The position numbers and the translations under genes are program-made. A stretch of DNA of 63,695 nt, counting the filler, from Octopus bimaculoides (taxonomy: Eukaryota), in the NCBI RefSeq assembly GCF_001194135.2. It is 6 parts of 5 records of this genome, joined end to end, with 100 filler letters (N's around TTAATTAATTAA, not from the genome) between each part and the next. Parts side by side here need not be neighbours in the genome. Positions count along the whole stretch, not along the records: positions 26,540 to 55,418 come from NC_068981.1; 5 more parts are not named here. The stretch is one strand, 5' to 3'. Position 1 is the first letter of the stretch, and the number at the start of each line of letters is the position of its first letter. The notes under the pieces are model-generated. The model saw only the letters and a program-made list of their open reading frames with translations. It was not told the origin of the DNA and did no database searches. Below are positions 38,325 through 50,483 of the stretch, piece after piece.

Positions 38325-38374
38325 AAATTATGGAGTGAATTTTAGGGCTTATAAATCAAGTGCTGTTAGATTAT

Positions 38375-39327
38375 GTGAACTCAATAAAGCCATCCATACA
38401 GTTCCCAATGGAAAAGAAAAAGACAATCAGCTAGCATTCCTGCAAGTATTAATAACACGCACCAAGTATAGGATTCAGGACATCCGTTTACCGCAAGCCC
38501 ACCTTCACTGGACGATACCTCAACTTTAATTTCCACCATCCATACAGTGTAAAGAGAAGGATTGCTCAGTGCCTAAAACATCGAGTAAAGAATATAAGTA
38601 GCGATCGTGATACTGGCCACGAAAAAATGATCACGCTCAGTAACAATCTATTAAGCAACAACTACCCCAAAAACATTCTATCTACTGGGATTATGAAGAA
38701 AAGAGGGGATACACTGTCCACAGTCTGTCTACCCTATGTGAAAGGCCTCTCCGAAACGATACAAATGATATGCGGCCCATATGACATGAGGACAGTATTC
38801 AAGAGTAATACGACGCTTCGCAAATATCTTCTTCGAGTACAACCACCAATTGAAGAGGATATGACCAAAACTGCTTGTTCTCCATCCCATGCAGCTGTGG
38901 TAGGTTATACAAAGGTGAAACATGTTGCCCCCTCAAAATAAGGGTAGATGAACATCGCAAAGCTATGACATAAGGAGATATTGATAAATCAGGTATAGCT
39001 GATCATGTATGAAAAATGGAGACCACCTCCCCCTGTGGGATGAAGTTAAAATGATAGAGAATAACACTGGAAAATACGAAAACTAAAAGAAGCAGCACAT
39101 ATGCTAGGACACAACAACCTCCTAAGAAGACCGAGTGCATATATGAGCAGCATATGGGAACCNNNNNNNNNNCAGTGGCCTGAATAATGATAATAATAAC
39201 ATCGAAAATTACTTTTGGAACGACGGGCATATCAGGCGAAACGTTGTGTTAACAACAAACAAGATGAGGACAAATATCCGTCAAATGTAAATAATGTAAT
39301 TCCTCATCTCTTAAATATAGAACTGTA
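38375..39327 (+). mobile_element. Penelope-like element, 5'-truncated: RT thumb, GIY-YIG endonuclease, 3' pLTR
   Basis: PSIQF.MEKEKDNQLAFL.VLI, SVYRKPTFTGRYLNF..HHP, LPYVKGLSE, SIPCSCGRLYKGET..L..RVDEH, SGIADHV, KLKEA, with frameshifts. Confidence 0.9.
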
Positions 39328-40383
39328 TGATTTAACAGAAGAAAATCTTTATCAAGCAAACATAGATGGGTACGTAGATTTAAACATTTTCTAAATCACC
39401 ATTGTAACCTAGCGTCTGTAGCACTAAAGATTATATTGTGCGGCTTCTACATTTATCCTTATTCCTATCTATGTATGCTTAACGTAAAAATTAAACTTTT
39501 AATTTCAATTTTAAAGACTGATATACGTAATTATAAATGAACATCTACGAAATCTTCATTGAAATTTAAATCCTGCTTAGTAAACATATATTGTACGGTT
39601 TCCATATTTATACATATTGTAGTCTAATGATTAGCAATCACAGCTTGGAAGACACATATCAGCCATTCAAAATCACAAAAGAAACATCTTAACTTCATTT
39701 AAGCTTCAAGTACGACGAACGTTTCCACACGAAATTATAAATGATGAAGAGAAGTTAGTGGTTTTGCATCCGCTAAACAAGCACATCTCCGAAATAATTA
39801 AATTATTTTTACATAAAAACATTCCTGGCCACAATTTTAAATCCATCTAGATATTTTTAGGATCATTAGAAAATAATATGAAGAAACAAATTTTCGCATG
39901 CCACCGTTCAGCATCTGAAGGGAGCAAGGAAAATTAGGAAATTAACTCGAAAATGTACTATGGAGTCTCTTCCCAAATATTACGATGCGATTTATTGGGT
40001 TTATTTATTTAGTCAGTTCCTATGAAAGTTATCGGAATTTTTTGCCTAATCTTATATTGCAAAAATACACTTCTGTAGAAGCCATTGTTCACCTGCTTAA
40101 ATTTAGTACTGTTAGCGGTTAATACTACTGAGGATGATTTTTCACAGTTTTCACTTAAATATTCATCTATATCTGTTTGATAAAAAGTTCTAAAACTAAA
40201 TGTCATTATATTATATAGAATATAAAGTAAAGATATAAACTTACGTTGTACAACTTCTGTATTTATTCCACTTCTAATCATAGGAAAACAAACACATATA
40301 AAAGTATGTACATATATATGTCTGTTTGCATGTATATATCCATTCATGTATGTATCTTGGCCAAACCAGCGAGCTATTGAGCA

Positions 40384-40431
40384 GTCACTGCTGAGGAGCC
40401 TACTACTGATAGGCGAAACTAGTCCAGTGAT
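40384..40431 (+). ncRNA. Intact minimal type I hammerhead ribozyme
   Basis: Stem I (G)UCACUG/CAGUGA(U); core CUGAGGA; stem II GCCUA-CUACUGA-UAGGC; GAAA; stem III AC-UA-GU; GUC cleavage triplet (after C40424). Confidence 0.85.
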
Positions 40432-40909
40432 CCTAGTCATTCATGTGGCGGTTGTCTCCACTGTGCGCTTTATGCAGCATTAAGGGTTTTAACTTCTATT
40501 TCTTGCAATATAGGTGCTTCGGCATCCTAAGTCACAATTAGTGACGATAAAATCTTTCTTTTTATGGCGTTATATTATGTCTAACTGTTCACATGTGTAT
40601 GTAAGTGAAATATTGATATATAAAAAAAGAAAATTAGCATTAAACAGAAGGATGATTACTCAATACTTAGTAAAGTAATATCTATAAACTCTTACAATGA
40701 AAAAAGTGTAGAGATTAATTGTGATCGTCTCCTTTTGATCAGCATTTCTAATCCTATTTTAAAAGAAACTGGAAAAGATTCCAAGGTGACTGCTTCATAC
40801 ATTGTAATTGAAACAATTAAAATGAACTTACAATATTCCTTTAATTAATAAACAAATCGATCCAGTTTACTAAGGAAATGGATGAAACGAAATTCTTTTC
40901 TTTTTTTTG

Positions 40910-42055
40910 GACTCTAAACCTGTAACTATACCCGAAATAGTATTCCACAGACACGTGTCTCCTTAACGTACTAATCAAGTACAATCAGCACGACACAATG
41001 TACGGTAAGGCTGGATCTTTAAATTTCATGTGCAGGTTCATAATTAAAGAAAATTAGACGATATTTACTGCAAAGACAGTTACATAAAAGAATATTTAAA
41101 TTTTGGATCCTTCCACCCATGCCCCAGTAATAGTAACAGCCTATTCGAGAAGGCAAAACGTATATGTTTAATAGTTTCGGACACAAACATACAGGAGAAA
41201 TGACTGGTAGACCTAAATATATTCCTTCAGAAACAAAAATCTTCCCCTCTAATCTCCCAAAATCTTAGTAAAACATGCCATAACCACAGCAAAAGAGATC
41301 CAAAATCTCTCTCTTATGGTGGAACCTTACAACGAGGGCAAAAGCGAAGATAAAATATATATATATATTCCATTTGTAGTTTTCCCTTACTCTTAGAAAC
41401 CATAACATCTTACATTTGACCACAAAATACCTCCCAATTCTACATCAATCATTCAATCTCAGAAAAATATAGAATCATAAATTATCAACAAGTGAAGACA
41501 ACAACCAAATCTTAAAAGATTCTTAACGAGGGAGACATTCACAACAGAAGAAGAAAAACAACAGTAACAAACTTCGAAAATATTCGTGGTGGGATGTGTG
41601 AAATAATGGAAGAGCTAACAACAAAAAATTCAAGAATATGAATTGCAAAAAAGATAAAGAAAAGAAAAAGCACAAAAAACTAACTTATGAATTACATCAC
41701 GTGTTCACAAGGCAATGAGAATTATATTGGCCAAACAAGATCAAAATTTATACATCAGGTTAGAGTACATAAACAACAAATCAAAAATGCAACTCTGAGA
41801 AATATTCCATGAAGTGAAAATTTCAACTTTTGTACAAATGGAAAATTCAAAATGTTTTCTTTTTTTTTTTCAAAATAAAAGAAAAAATCGAATAACTACG
41901 AACATCCAAAGAATACTTTATAAAAACTCTAAATCTGAAACTATACCGGAAATAGTATTCCACAGATACGTGTACCCTTTACGTACTAATCAAGCACAAT
42001 CAGCAAGACTCAATGTGCGGCAAGGCTGGATCTTTAAATTTCATGTGTTCGTTCA
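40910..42055 (+). mobile_element. Second, older Penelope-like element between about 130-bp direct repeats (40910-41040, 41927-42055)
   Basis: YLNFGSFHP, QPNLKRFLT and YITCS..NENYIGQT...VRVHKQQI (GIY-YIG); the direct repeats were read by eye. Confidence 0.8.
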
Positions 42056-42519
42056 TCTGATTTGCATTACACATCACCCACAAATCTTGGATAGATTCGG
42101 GCTGAGGTAAAAGAAACATGCCAAAGATTTGTACGTTTTGTTTTATGTATGTATTCGCATGCATATAGTTGCATATCTTGACATGCTCATGTATATTTAA
42201 ATGATAAACTTCTGGAAAGTTTTACAGATTTTTACAGTTCCAATGATGGATTGGAACTATAGTCTTCGAATTAGCTTTATCCTTTCTGGTTTTGAGAAGC
42301 CTAATTTCTCAAGATTGGTATTTAGGCAGAGTGTTACATATCCCAGAGCTCTAATAATTCAGAGGAATGCATAACTTCGAAATGAATTTAGGCCGAAACT
42401 TTGAAGTCACTATCAATAATGTTCTTGTTTAAGAATTTATTACATACATATAAGAGTAGACCATATATGGTCTACTTCTAGCATATTGGATGTCCACTTA
42501 GTGGTCATCCCTCTTATAT

Positions 42520-42705
42520 GTATATATTCGCCATGATAGATCGCTAACCACTACAACTATTGTTTTTCTCTCCTTGTTTCTTTCTGTGTTCCTTTTTCTG
42601 GAAGAGCCTAGGCTCGAAACGTTAAAGACTTTTTCAATTCCCGAGTTTTATACTGTTTGTTTTCTGCACCACCTGTCTTCGTCTGTTGTTTTTTTGTGAA
42701 TTCTC
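42520..42705 (+). mobile_element. Probable solo Penelope-type terminal repeat with a degenerate hammerhead (42593-42628)
   Basis: UUUUU-CUG--GA-A-GAGC-CUAG-GCUC-GAAAC-GUU-AAAGA: stems I-III fit, but the core lacks two nucleotides. Confidence 0.55.
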
Positions 42706-43785
42706 CCTATATATATANNNNNNNNNNNNNNNNNNNNNNNNNNNNNNNNNNNNNNNNNNNNNNNNNNNNNNNNNNNNNNNNNNNNNNNNNNNNNNNNNNN
42801 NNNNNNNNNNNNNNNNNNNNNNNNNNNNNNNNNNNNNNNNNNNNNNNNNNNNNNNNNNNNNNNNNNNNNNNNNNNNNNNNNNNNNNNNNNNNNNNNNNNN
42901 NNNNNNNNNNNNNNNNNNNNNNNNNNNNNNNNNNNNNNNNNNNNNNNNNNNNNNNNNNNNNNNNNNNNNNNNNNNNNNNNNNNNNNNNNNNNNNNNNNNN
43001 NNNNNNNNNNNNNNNNNNNNNNNNNNNNNNNNNNNNNNNNNNNNNNNNNNNNNNNNNNNNNNNNNNNNNNNNNNNNNNNNNNNNNNNNNNNNNNNNNNNN
43101 NNNNNNNNNNNNNNNNNNNNNNNNNNNNNNNNNNNNNNNNNNNNNNNNNNNNNNNNNNNNNNNNNNNNNNNNNNNNNNNNNNNNNNNNNNNNNNNNNNNN
43201 NNNNNNNNNNNNNNNNNNNNNNNNNNNNNNNNNNNNNNNNNNNNNNNNNNNNNNNNNNNNNNNNNNNNNNNNNNNNNNNNNNNNNNNNNNNNNNNNNNNN
43301 NNNNNNNNNNNNNNNNNNNNNNNNNNNNNNNNNNNNNNNNNNNNNNNNNNNNNNNNNNNNNNNNNNNNATATATACACGTATATGTACACACTAGCACAT
43401 ATATTCATCCATGTTCAAATATAGATACATACCATAAAAAAAAACACTCACGCTCACAAAAATATACACACATTCACACATACAAACACATATAAAACGT
43501 ATGACTGTGTTGTGTTCATATTTTGGTTTATAATTGTTCTTAGCGTGTGTAGTGCTTAACAATGGATGATGAAAGAAATATCAGAAAAATAAGAAAAATG
43601 CAAGAAAAATGTGCAAAATATAATATATTGAGTTGTCATTGAAAGAATATTGTTTCAATATTTTATGTCTAAAGAGAGAAAGTATAAATCTATAAACTGT
43701 ATTGACAGAGAATAATTGCATCTGCAATATTTAGTTTATTAATGGCCTTGGTCTCTCTCTGTCTCTCTCTGTCTGTCTCTCTCTG

Positions 43786-43819
<34 letters not shown>

Positions 43820-44217
43820 GCTCGCTCTCTTTCTCTCTCGCTCTCTCTCGGTCTCTTGCGTTTACTTTCAAGTACATACACACATACATACACATATACA
43901 ACGAAGACGCATTTTCTCGACAGTGGACCTGTTAGAAATAACATTAAATCTCTCACAAAACGTACGAGCTGTATTTTCTTTAATTTATTTAAAATAGTCT
44001 TAGATATATTGTTTTATTATACGATGGGACGGTTGTTGCTGGACCGTTTTCGATCATTGACGTTTCTACATCATCTCGCTAAGCAATAACAACGTCAATA
44101 AATGCCACATTATAAGATATCAGACAAGCTTTATTATTTGAATATGAACGGAGTTTATTTCTGTGCCATGACGGCGTAATACAGGAATGTCGTAATGTAA
44201 TTGGGGCGTCTAGTCAT

Positions 44218-44366
44218 TTGGCGGTCTGCAATCATGTTGATGAAAATAATGACTTCGGTAACGAAGATGGTGGTGATAATATCTGTGACAGTGATGTTCA
44301 GAGTAATGGTGCTGGCGCTGGTGGTATTAATAGTAATAATACTGATGGTGAAGGCTATCTTGTTGG

Positions 44367-44422
<56 letters not shown>

Positions 44423-44620
44423 GTTACGATTGTTATGAGAGAACTGAAAAAGTTTACGTCAACGATGATGGTTTAACTATACTGGTGATTGCGATGATGA
44501 TGATAATGATGATGATGGTAACGATGATAGTAGTGATGATGATAGTTATAACGTTAATGATTAAGATAATAATTGTTATGATAATGAGGCAGTTAATGAT
44601 GATGGTGAGAATACATTTAG
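44218..44620. repeat. Degenerate (GAT/GGT/AAT)n triplet tract
   Basis: Direct reading; produces the poly-D and poly-M ORFs. Confidence 0.85.
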
Positions 44621-44719
44621 AGAGCTCAGTTATACCTTAAAGCATCCAATAACCAATCTGTGTCATAGATTTCATCATATTTTTAATTTTTCTTTTCTTT
44701 TTATTATAGGCAGAGAGAC

Positions 44720-44892
44720 TGAAAAGTCGGAGGAGGGGCGAGTCGATTACATCGATACTACTACTTGATTGGTACTTATTTTATCGTCACTTAAGAGCTG
44801 AAACGCAAAGTCAACCTCGGCGGAATTTGAACTCAGAAAGTAGCGCTAAATGAAATGCTGCTACGCATTTTATCCGGCATGTTAATAATTCT
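44720..44892 (-). mobile_element. SINE family A
   Basis: GAGTCGATTACATCGAT..AAAGTCAACCTCGGCGGAATTTGAACTCAGAA. Confidence 0.8.
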
Positions 44893-45057
44893 GTGTCCGA
44901 GCCGTTTCTATTTCTATTTCTATTTCTATTTAACTAACATCACTCCGAAAAAAGAAGGCCATCTTGCACCCATATATATAACTCCCAATAAATTTGTTAA
45001 GTGCCCTTCTTTTGTTTCTCCGCTTACTTGTGTAAATATATATATACACACACACAC

Positions 45058-45130
<73 letters not shown>

Positions 45131-45132
<2 letters not shown>

Positions 45133-46680
45133 ATGCGTTGGCAACTAAGTTCCCACCGTTTTTTAAAATTTAATTTTTTAAAAAGTTTAATAGACGACTA
45201 AAATTATCAATATTGTATTCACCCTTGTTGTTTACAACTCCTTCCCAACGTTCAACAAGATTTTCAATACTGGAAAAATTGATCCAACCAACCTCTCAAT
45301 TCTGCATTAGTATTGAACGAAACTCTGCACATAGCATTTGAAAGAGATCAAAAGAGGTGGAAATCCGTTGGTGCCAAATCAGTAGAGTACGGTGGGTGTG
45401 ACAGCACTTCCCAGCCATGCCTTTGAATGGCTTTCTTATTTCGTTACAGCCCACAAGGGGCTACACACAGAGGGGACAAACAAGGACAGACAAACAGATT
45501 AAGTCGATTATATAAATCCCACTGCGTAACTGGTACTTATTTAATCGACCCCGAAAGGATGAAAGGCAAAGTCGACCCCAACGGAATTTGAACTCAGAAC
45601 GTAGCGGCAGACAAAATACCGGTAAGCATTTCGCCCGGCGTGCTAACGTTTCTGCCAGCTCGCCGCCTTAAATGGCTTTCTTGGTCATATTGGTGATATG
45701 CGGGCGGGCGTTGTCATGCAGCAGAAGAACTCCATGCTGCCGATTAGGTCTTTTCTCTTGAATAGCCGTGTTGAGTCGGTCATCTGTTGAACATAGAGTT
45801 CCACGTTGACNNNNNNNNNNGATTAGGTCTTTTCTCTTGAATAGCCGTGTTGAGTCGGTCATCTGTTGAACATAGAGTTCCACGTTGACCGTTTGGTTCC
45901 GTTCAAGCAATTCGTAATGGATAACCCCTACCCAGTCCCACCATACGGACAACTTTTACGCGGATGAAGATCTTGTTTCACACGCGGTGTCGCTTGTTTA
46001 CACGGGCTAAGTCATTCCTTACGCTGCTTCATATTGATGTACAGGCACCATTTTTCGTAGCCTGTAACGATTCGGCAAAGAAATCGTTGCTTGTGTCCAT
46101 GAGTTGAGCGGAGACGAGCAAGCAAACCAGCGGAAATTGTGGCTCATTGATTTTTGTTGTTGTCACTTAAAGCATGCGGAACACATGCTTCATACTTCTG
46201 AACCTTTCACATCGAGTGAAGATGCTTCTCTAAAGCAGTGTGGGAGCATTTCATTTTCTCTGCCAGTTCCTTTGTTGTTCGTGCAAAAGTTGGTTTAATC
46301 GCTCTTTATCGAACTCACTGGACGGCGAGAACAAGGTGCGCTTTTGAGGTCAAAATTTTCATTTTTGAACTTGGCATACCAATCAAGAGCGGTTCTCTCA
46401 CCTATGGCACCCTCTCCAGCTTTTGCGGCCTTTCACCCTTGATTAAAAGCAAAAAGAAGGCAGTGTCGAAAATGCTCGTTTTTTTTTTAAGCTTAACATT
46501 CCAATTTAATGATCTGAAAATAAACAAAAATTAGCTAAAATTAACTAGGAAAACAAAAACAAAATAGATTAAAAAATGACTCACATACAGAATTCTCGAA
46601 AAAAATAGATTGCAAAATTTAAAAACGCAATAAATTCCAAAATTTAAGAAAAAACGGCGGGAACTTAGTTGCCACCCCAC
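45131..46680 (-). mobile_element. Full-length mariner (Tc1/mariner DD34D), pseudogenised
   Basis: TIR core TGGCAACTAAGTTCCC(A/G)CCGTTTTTT at both ends; VWWDWVGVIHYELL, LLLHDNARPH, WEVLSHPPYSTDLAPTDFHLF. Confidence 0.92.
45438..45670 (-). mobile_element. SINE family A inserted in the mariner, 12-bp TSD
   Basis: AATGGCTTTCTT at 45426-45437 and 45671-45682. Confidence 0.95.
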
Positions 46681-47294
46681 CACACATGTATATATGTATA
46701 CACACACACATATATACATATGTATGTGTTTGTGTGGGCTGTGTGTGTGTGTGTGTAATTATCTAAATGGGTATGAAACCTTCCTTACAGTTATAATCAC
46801 TTGTTTTATTAGTTTATTCCCGCAGTAGATCTCGAAATTGAGAGGACAATCAACAGAAATGTATCCAGTAAGGAGTATAAGGAATAAGAAATAGTGGAGG
46901 AATATTTCGATGATAATATTTACCTTGCTTTGAAAGATTGCATATATCTTACCATTTGTGGATTTTTAAACTAAAAAAATCAGCTGTTGGTAATAATGAT
47001 GACGATGTTATATATCCCTAGCTTGGCATTGATCGAGCAGATCTATGATCAAAAGTATTTCAACCACGACCATTCCATTTGCTTTTTCGTGTTGTAATAT
47101 CCATTATGTCTTTTTGTAAATGGTATGATATAATTTGGGGCAGGGGAGGAGGTAGTTAGCTCTTTCTATTTCTAGAACGACTTTAGAGTAGCTCCCTCTT
47201 TGGCTCAAAATATTCACGATTTATCCGAGTGGCGCTAAGAGCGTAAATGAGGCTACAGTAATCTTAATGTAAACAGGGTTTTGTGCACCATTTT

Positions 47295-47510
47295 ATCTTT
47301 TATCTTTTACTTGTTTCAGCCATCCAACTGCGGCCATACTGGAGCATTGTCTTCACTGGTTTTGTCGAACAAATCTACACCAGTACATATTTTTAAAACC
47401 TGGTATTCATTCTACCGGTCTCTTTTGCTGAACCGGGGACGTAAACAAACCAACATTATTTGTCGAGCGGTGGTACGGCACAAACAAAGAACAAACACAA
47501 AGATCCACAG
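47295..47510 (-). mobile_element. SINE family B, 3' half
   Basis: TTTTACTTGTTTCAGCCAT..GCGGCCATACTGGAGCA matches 19030-19230. Confidence 0.75.
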
Positions 47511-47689
47511 GCATACATACATACATACATACACACATACATACATACATACATACATACATACATGCATACATACATACATACATGCATACATACTTAC
47601 ATGAATGCATGCATGCATACATACATACATACATATATACATGCATGCATACATATATTACGTACATACAGTATGGTAGAAGCTATAGC

Positions 47690-48060
47690 CATTCATATTA
47701 AAAAGGAGTACTGGTGGAATGTTTCAGTGAAGACCTCAGTAAAATGTAAGCACAACAGATCTGATGTAATGATTTGGGATAGAGAAGAGAAACTGTGTAC
47801 AGTTGTGGAAATTAGCTGCCCACCGGATGTTAACATAAAGCTGAAGATCAGTGAAAAAGAGAATAGCTACACTGAAGTATTGAGAAATCTACAGTTACTC
47901 TATCCAGATTACTAGTTCAGGTTTATACCTGCACTTATTGGAGCTCTGTGATTTGAGAAATTAGCCTTCTCAAAACCAGAAAAGGTAAAGCTAATTCAAA
48001 GACTACAGATCCAATCCATCACTGGAACTGTAAAATCTGTAAAACTTACGAGAAGTTTAT
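47690..48060 (+). mobile_element. RLE-clade LINE (R4/NeSL-like) endonuclease and C-terminus, a separate family
   Basis: YWWNVSVKTSVKCKHNRSDVMIWDREEKLCTVVEISCP..ISEKENSY..*FRFIPALIGAL: RPD-(D/E)xK type with P changed to S. Confidence 0.8.
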
Positions 48061-48495
48061 CATTTAAATGTATACGAGGTTGTCAAAATATGCAACTATA
48101 TGCATGAGAATACATGCACAAAACAAAACATACAAATCTGCTCATATACATACATACGAAGAAAAATACCCTGTTGCTGATGTTGAAATTCCAATGAAGG
48201 AGTCCTGGATCTAGGTTAGAAACCGACTCTCTATTGGCCAAAAATCTTGAAATGAAACCGAATAATGACATACATACATTATTAATAGTTTCAAGTAAAC
48301 AGAATACGCATAGAATATTCACTGTTTTTAATCTATAAGGACAAATGGATTTCCAGAAGTGGTAAGTGGTAAGTACTAAGAATGGTTAAACGAACCAACC
48401 ATAAACATTATTACATAAACACACGAACGATAACCAGAATTATCAATCGATAGAAGCGCATAACTGGTGCGCCCGCTTGGACAACCTATCCCCAT

Positions 48496-48633
<138 letters not shown>

Positions 48634-48642
48634 GCATATATA

Positions 48643-48794
48643 TACGACGGGGTTCTTTGGGTTCCATCTACCAAATCCGCTTACAAGGCTTTGGTCGGCC
48701 CGAGGCTATAGTAGAAGACACTTGTCCAAGGTGCCACGCAGTGGGACTGAACCCGGAACCATGTGTTTCGTAAGCAAACTACTTAGCACACACA

Positions 48795-48832
<38 letters not shown>

Positions 48833-48975
48833 GGCCTTCTTTCAGTTTCCCTGAAACAAATCCACTCGCTAGTCGACTATAGTAGAAAACAATTGCCGAA
48901 GCTACATACAGTGGGACTGAACTGAAGGCCACATAGATGGGAAGTTTGCTTCTGAACCAAAAAGCTACGCCTGCT
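48643..48975 (-). mobile_element. Two tandem SINE family B heads (48643-48795; 48828-48975) separated by (TA)n
   Basis: CTATAGTAGAAGACACTTG..CAGTGGGACTGAAC occurs twice; the second is more decayed. Confidence 0.8.
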
Positions 48976-49582
48976 CGGTAATTTATATTTTCTTGTACAA
49001 CCGCTGCCTTGATTTAAAGTAGAACTAAAAACTGAACATATGTCTTCTGAATTGAAATTAAACAATCAAAGTGAGTGGTTTGAGAGTTTTAAATATTTGA
49101 GTTTTTTTTTTCTCTTTAGAACGGTTTTCAGAATGTTACAAAATTGAAATGAGAAATTTTAGATGTAATGATGAAATTGAGTAGATTAAATTTTTCTTAA
49201 ATTTATATGACTAAAAAGGTTTGTTTAATTTATATAATGGATTGAATTTAGCTTTTGCTAAGTAACACAATCATATCTATGTAGTTAAGAAATTTACTTG
49301 GTAATGATATGGTGTTGGATTGCACTACTCTCCGTGGTATATTGACAGTGAATTTTGGTCAACAGAGATTGTACGGGTAAAAACTGGACTGTATTTGCTT
49401 TTGTGTAGTAGATCGAATTCTTGAATAAGCATCACCACTCCGACTTTGATTGTTACTAGAATTCACTCTGTTACAAAATTTCAAAGCAGGTATCCGGTTT
49501 TCGAATAGCTCTGCCTCTAAATACAACGCTTCCTACTGTAGTAACACGCGTGTTGTGTTTTCTTCCCCTTTCCTTCCCACAG

Positions 49583-49704
49583 AGCTCTAAATGCTACGAT
49601 GGTTGCATTTTCTTCTCTAACTAAACTGTAGAAATTGTAGGATTAACTGGTGAATAGATTCTGGTAAAATCGCATTCTCCAGTGTTCTATTATTTTTGTT
49701 TTCG
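49583..49704 (+). other. Candidate non-coding exon
   Basis: Strong acceptor ttttcttcccctttccttcccacag| and donor TCG|gtatgt; stops in all three frames. Confidence 0.25.
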
Positions 49705-50483
49705 GTATGTCAGAGAAAGACACAACTATGATTTTTGCAGAGCTTCTCCGGATGACAGCAGAAGGGGATGGGATTATTCCAAAGGCTCAAATAAATTGAA
49801 TAAAAGGACTGGGAGATTTTAGTGAGTGGATGAACAGCAGAAGCAATAGGAATGTATTTGGGAAGACGGTATTCAGTTACTTTACTCAGAGGGGCAGAGA
49901 CCGTACAAGAGATAGATGAGGTAAAAAGAAGAGTCGTTTTGTCTTTGCTTAAGCGGATGTTTGTTAATGGAGGTTGATTACTTTTCGATAACACAATGAT
50001 CGTATTTGGGATTTAGTCTCAAAGGTGTTGGCGACTGGTTAACAAATGATTAGAAGCTAGCTATGTATAGGCTCTAAAAATAGACGTCCTATTCTTTGAA
50101 ATGTTAATGATGAAGGTGGTGGTGGTGGTGGTAGCGGCGGCGGTGGTGGTGATGGTGATGATAATGCAATTTTAACAGTGTTACATATGTGTGGTGCATT
50201 ATTGGAAAGTTAACTGAGACTGTGAGGTTTACCATTTGTAGAAATTTTTAACGATTTTATTTATGCGTCGTTCATAACTAAGAAATAAGGGCACTAAACA
50301 ACGCAGCAAACATCCATGCCTAAGAATGAATACTCATCTCTTTTTTACGGACAATACACAAATAAATCTTCAATATAAAAACGGACGCAAAACTTTACAA
50401 TACCTGATGGTTCCTCCTAACAACCTCTTACATATATTGACAATGCTGTATCTAAAAGATAATTTTCTGCTTTATAACCCAGA

